Source of the DNA: Gnetum montanum
Taxonomy: Eukaryota > Plantae > Gnetophyta
Length of the DNA: 64,000 nucleotides
Direction of reading: 5' to 3'
Assembly: GCA_015680685.1 (NCBI GenBank)
Contig: MNCI01001925.1
Coordinates: 279,573-343,572, forward strand
A model generated the notes under the pieces. It was not told the DNA's origin. It searched no databases and worked only from the letters and a program-made list of their open reading frames with translations. Numbering within the stretch: the stretch's first letter is position 1; every line of letters starts with the position of its first letter. Below are positions 60,355 to 64,000 of this stretch, in pieces. Made by a program: the position numbers and the translations under genes.

Positions 60355-60585
60355 TGGTCTGCAAAGATCTTAAACTAGTAGCTTCAAACTTTTTCATTCA
60401 GATGGTCCGCAAAGACCTTAATGTAGCAAATTCTAACCCACAGCCTCTATCAAGTTAACGGTCCACACAGACCTTAAACTAGCAGTTCTAACATGTAGCT
60501 TTGATCTCATTAGTGGTCCGTAAAGATCTTAAACTAGTAGTTTTACACTTTTGCATCTAGGTAGTCTGCTATGACTTTAAATTGA
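60355..60585 (+). repeat. Array of GGTCCGCAAAGACCTTAAACTAG units upstream of RT in A
   Basis: Direct inspection. Confidence 0.8.
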
Positions 60586-60720
60586 TGAGTTGCAAATTTT
60601 GCATCATATTTTATAGTTATTTCAACTATTCACATCTCATTGCTACTATACAAAAAACTTACTATGCACTATTGCTACAAATAGGTATCCCTTGACTAGG
60701 CATTCATCTCATTGTAGCAA

Positions 60721-63700
60721 GTTGAACAAGAATGGAAATGCACCATGATCTTTCTTCACCTTTAGCCTTAAGAGGTCCACATAACGAGATTACAAGACAA
60801 TTGAATCAAGAGTCAATAGACTAGAATTCACTCATAGATAGCACTGTGGCATCCTTAGAAACATTCCCAGACTAGCCTCAAAGTCTGGTCCAAGCCCTAG
60901 ACTTAGAGGCTGGAGATGTAATTGAGGACCCTCTCATTGAAATGCCTATGACAACATCCAAGGGAAAAATAAAAATGTTAAAGCTTAGCTCCCTTCCATA
61001 TTCGAGAATGCACAAAGATGTAGCCAAGGTACAACAGAACAACATCGAAGTATTCGTGTGGTCTTACAATGACATGCTAGGTCTAGTTCCAAGGCTCACA
61101 TAGCTCATCATTATCTTAGATCTATGGATGAAAGCAGTTAAGTAGAAAGCTTGAAATATTAAACCAGAGATCACACCATCCATATGGGATGAAATCACTA
61201 ATCTCTTTCAGGATGGTTTCATATGGGCAGTTGATTACTTAGAGTGGGTATCAAACATTTTTGTGGTTTCTAAGAAAATGGGAGGAATACGAATCTGTAT
61301 AGAATTCCAGGATCTCAATAAAGGCACGATAAAGGATGAATTCCCACTACCAAGTATTGATGAACTCATCGATACTATGGCCAGTCATGCTATGTTATCC
61401 TTCATGGATAGTTTCTCTGGCTACAACCAAATTTGCATCAACCTAGAGCATTAGTTAGCAACAACCTTCATGACCCCATGGGGTACTTTTTGTTATACTA
61501 TGATGCCCTTCAGGCTCAAGAATGCTAGAGCAACTTACTAGAGAGCCATGAATTACATCTTTAGTGACTACATCTTAGAAATGCTGAACAACTACGTGGA
61601 TGACATAGCAGTCAAATCTAAAGACGCTGCTGATCATCCAAACAATCTAGGTGTAGTCCTAAAGCATTGTCAGATGCATGATTTACGCCTTAACCCAAGA
61701 AAGTGTGTCTTCGGGGTGAGAACTGGATGCATGTTAGGGTTTGTAGTATTAGAGGCTGGAATATGAGTGGACCCTGACAAAGTCAAGTCCATAGTTAATC
61801 TAACACCACCTATAAACCTTAAAGAATTGTGTGGGTTACAATGTAGGGTACAATTCATCATAAGGTTTATAGCAAAGTTGACTACAAGTTACACCCCATG
61901 AAACATCTACTGAAGAAAGGGATTAACTTTGAATGGACAACACAATGCCAAAAATCCTTTGATGATATGAAGAAAGTGCTTTTACACCTATCAACTGTGT
62001 ACCCACTGCAGAGGGATAAACCTTTCTTCTTCTACCTTGCCACATCAGACACATCTATTACAACACTATTATGTCAAAGACGAGACAATGGATTTGACAT
62101 TCCAGTGTATTATCTAAGTCATGCATTGATAGCGTATGAGGAAAAATACAACAAGGTGGAGAGAAATTGCCTTTCTCTAGTCTTTGCATTAAAGAAATGG
62201 AGGTACTATCTATTTTGTAGCAAGGTTAACATCATTTGCAAGAGCAATGTACACTAGGCTATCACAAACAATCTGTATGAAAGTAGTAGGATAGCCCGGT
62301 GGAAAGCTATAATAGCGAAATTCCCTGATGAGCATGTTAGCACTATCAACGTTGTACTTTCACATCTCAATGCTATCTTGCATTTTGACAGCACCTTGAC
62401 CACATGAGAAGGTAGTGGAGTTGCCCTCATTATGTTCCCCTCTAGGGAAATGTAACCTTTTTCTTATTGTTTCACGTTCCTTTGTACAAACAACATGGTA
62501 GAGTACGAAGGGTTACTCAGGGGCCTCTTAGTAGCCCAAGTTTTAAGCATTCAATACATGGAAATTCGTGGGAATTCACAATTCATTGTGAGTCAAATCA
62601 CTAGAGTCTATGCATGCAAGGCTACACACCTGTAGCCCTACTGTGACCAAGCAAAAAATTTTCTTAAATAGTGTACAACAACGGAAGTTCAACACATGTC
62701 ATGCAATGAAAAAAAAATATCAGATGCCTTGGCCACCCTAGCATTAAACGTTCCACCACACCTATTCACAAGTTTTCTAGTTTCAATTATTGAGTGTATG
62801 GAGCCTATCACTCAGGCGGTACATGTAGCCTCTGTTAGCTTTGCGGGCACCCAAGAGTGGTAGGCTAACATTAAAGCATACTTGCAACATGGTGAGCCTC
62901 CAAGAGGATTGACATCTACCTAGAGAGATGTGATCCACAAAAGTGCTCGGCAATATGTGCTCATGGGAGACAACACCTTATGCAAACGCTCCTATGACAG
63001 GATATTGTTGGCATGTGTAAATGAGGAGCAAGCGTAGAAGATCATTAATGAAGTACACGAGTGACTATGTCATGGACACATAGCACCTAGGGCCATGGCT
63101 GCAAAAATCAGATGCCTAGGGTACTATTGGCCTCACATGGAGTGTGATTGCCTAGCCAAAGTTAAGACATGTGATACATGCCAAAGATATGCAAATATCA
63201 TACACATTTCTACTACAAATTTGCATCCAATGTAGATCACGTGGTCTTTATAGCGATGGGGACTAGACATCATGGGACCTATCACGCCTAAGTCTTCCGT
63301 AGGGCATAGCTTCATCATCACTACCACCAAGTATTTTACAAAGTGGGTGGAGGATATTCCCCTGAGGAAGACTACATCCCAGCAAGTTTTCCAGTTCATC
63401 TCAGACAACATTATGATAAGGTTTAGCCTCCCCATGACTATTGTGACCGACAATGGGCCATAGTTTAGTAGTGCAGAAACCATAACCTTCTGCAGCAACC
63501 TTGGCATCAAGCAGTCATTCTTCTTACCATACTATCCATAGGAAAATAGAAAAGCAAAAGCTACGAACAAGTCCATCATCAAATTTCTCAAGAAAATGCC
63601 TAAAAATAGCAAGAGGCGATGACATGAGCAAATCCTCTATGTGCTATGGGCTTATAGGATGATGTGCAGGACTACGATAGGTAAGACACCTTATAGTCTT

Positions 63701-64000
63701 GTTTATGGATCTAAAGTAGTGTTACCTCTTGGGTTGCAGGTACCCTCACTTTGGATAATCCTATTGACTATCATGATTGAAGCCCATAAAATGAGTCAAG
63801 GATCATCAACCTCGACTCCATAGAGGAGGAGCTTGTACAGACACTTGGTCGCATAGAGAAATATCAAAACAAGAAATGGCAAAAGAATCATGAAAATCTG
63901 CATCAAAGACCGATATAGAAGAGAGACCTCATTCCTAAGGCTATCCGTGAGCACGTGAACAAATTCTTAGCAAACTGGGAAGGTCCTTTCATGGTCACAA
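60721..64000 (+). pseudogene. pol: Degenerate pol (RT-RH-aRH-INT) of element A, running off the window end
   Basis: FMDSFSGYNQI, NNYVDD, FTKWVE, TDNGP, WEGPF at the window end. Confidence 0.95.

Larger units (their letters stand above)
6863..64000 (+). mobile_element. Element A: Tat-type Ty3/gypsy LTR retrotransposon (own sequence 6863-14020 plus 56155->64000), interrupted by B; 3' end outside the window
   Basis: 5' LTR, PBS, gag-PR, antisense gene and RT-RH-aRH-INT in order. The flanks of B rejoin into a sequence colinear with the uninterrupted paralog at about 21070-21130. Confidence 0.9.

Overview
This window is eukaryotic, most likely heterochromatin from a large land-plant genome. It consists almost entirely of nested Ty3/gypsy LTR retrotransposons of the non-chromovirus Tat type: RT-RH-aRH-INT order, no chromodomain, tRNA-Asn PBS, LTRs starting TGAAACACC. 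I found no host gene. Six insertions can be resolved. X (1-120) is the tip of an unrelated element inserted in Y. Y is on the minus strand, 121-3424. Z is on the plus strand, about 4432-6862, and is interrupted by A. A is on the plus strand, 6863 to beyond 64000. B (plus, 14021-56154) is nested in A and carries a 5.4 kb internal tandem duplication. C (minus, 30250-48292) is nested in B and is the youngest and most intact. The main finding is an architecture shared by A, B and C: gag-PR and RT-RH-aRH-INT are separated by about 6 kb containing a complete antisense, intron-containing gene. In C this gene has a TATA-like box, 8 phase-compatible exons (about 1065 aa) and an AATAAA. It encodes an FCP1/NIF-like HAD domain whose catalytic DxDxT motif is replaced, a plant-transposon (PMD/Transposase_32-like) domain, a coiled coil and an acidic tail. 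It is flanked by short motif arrays. The RT ORF begins at a conserved splice acceptor followed by a conserved Met. All domain calls are by eye from motifs; no searches were run.
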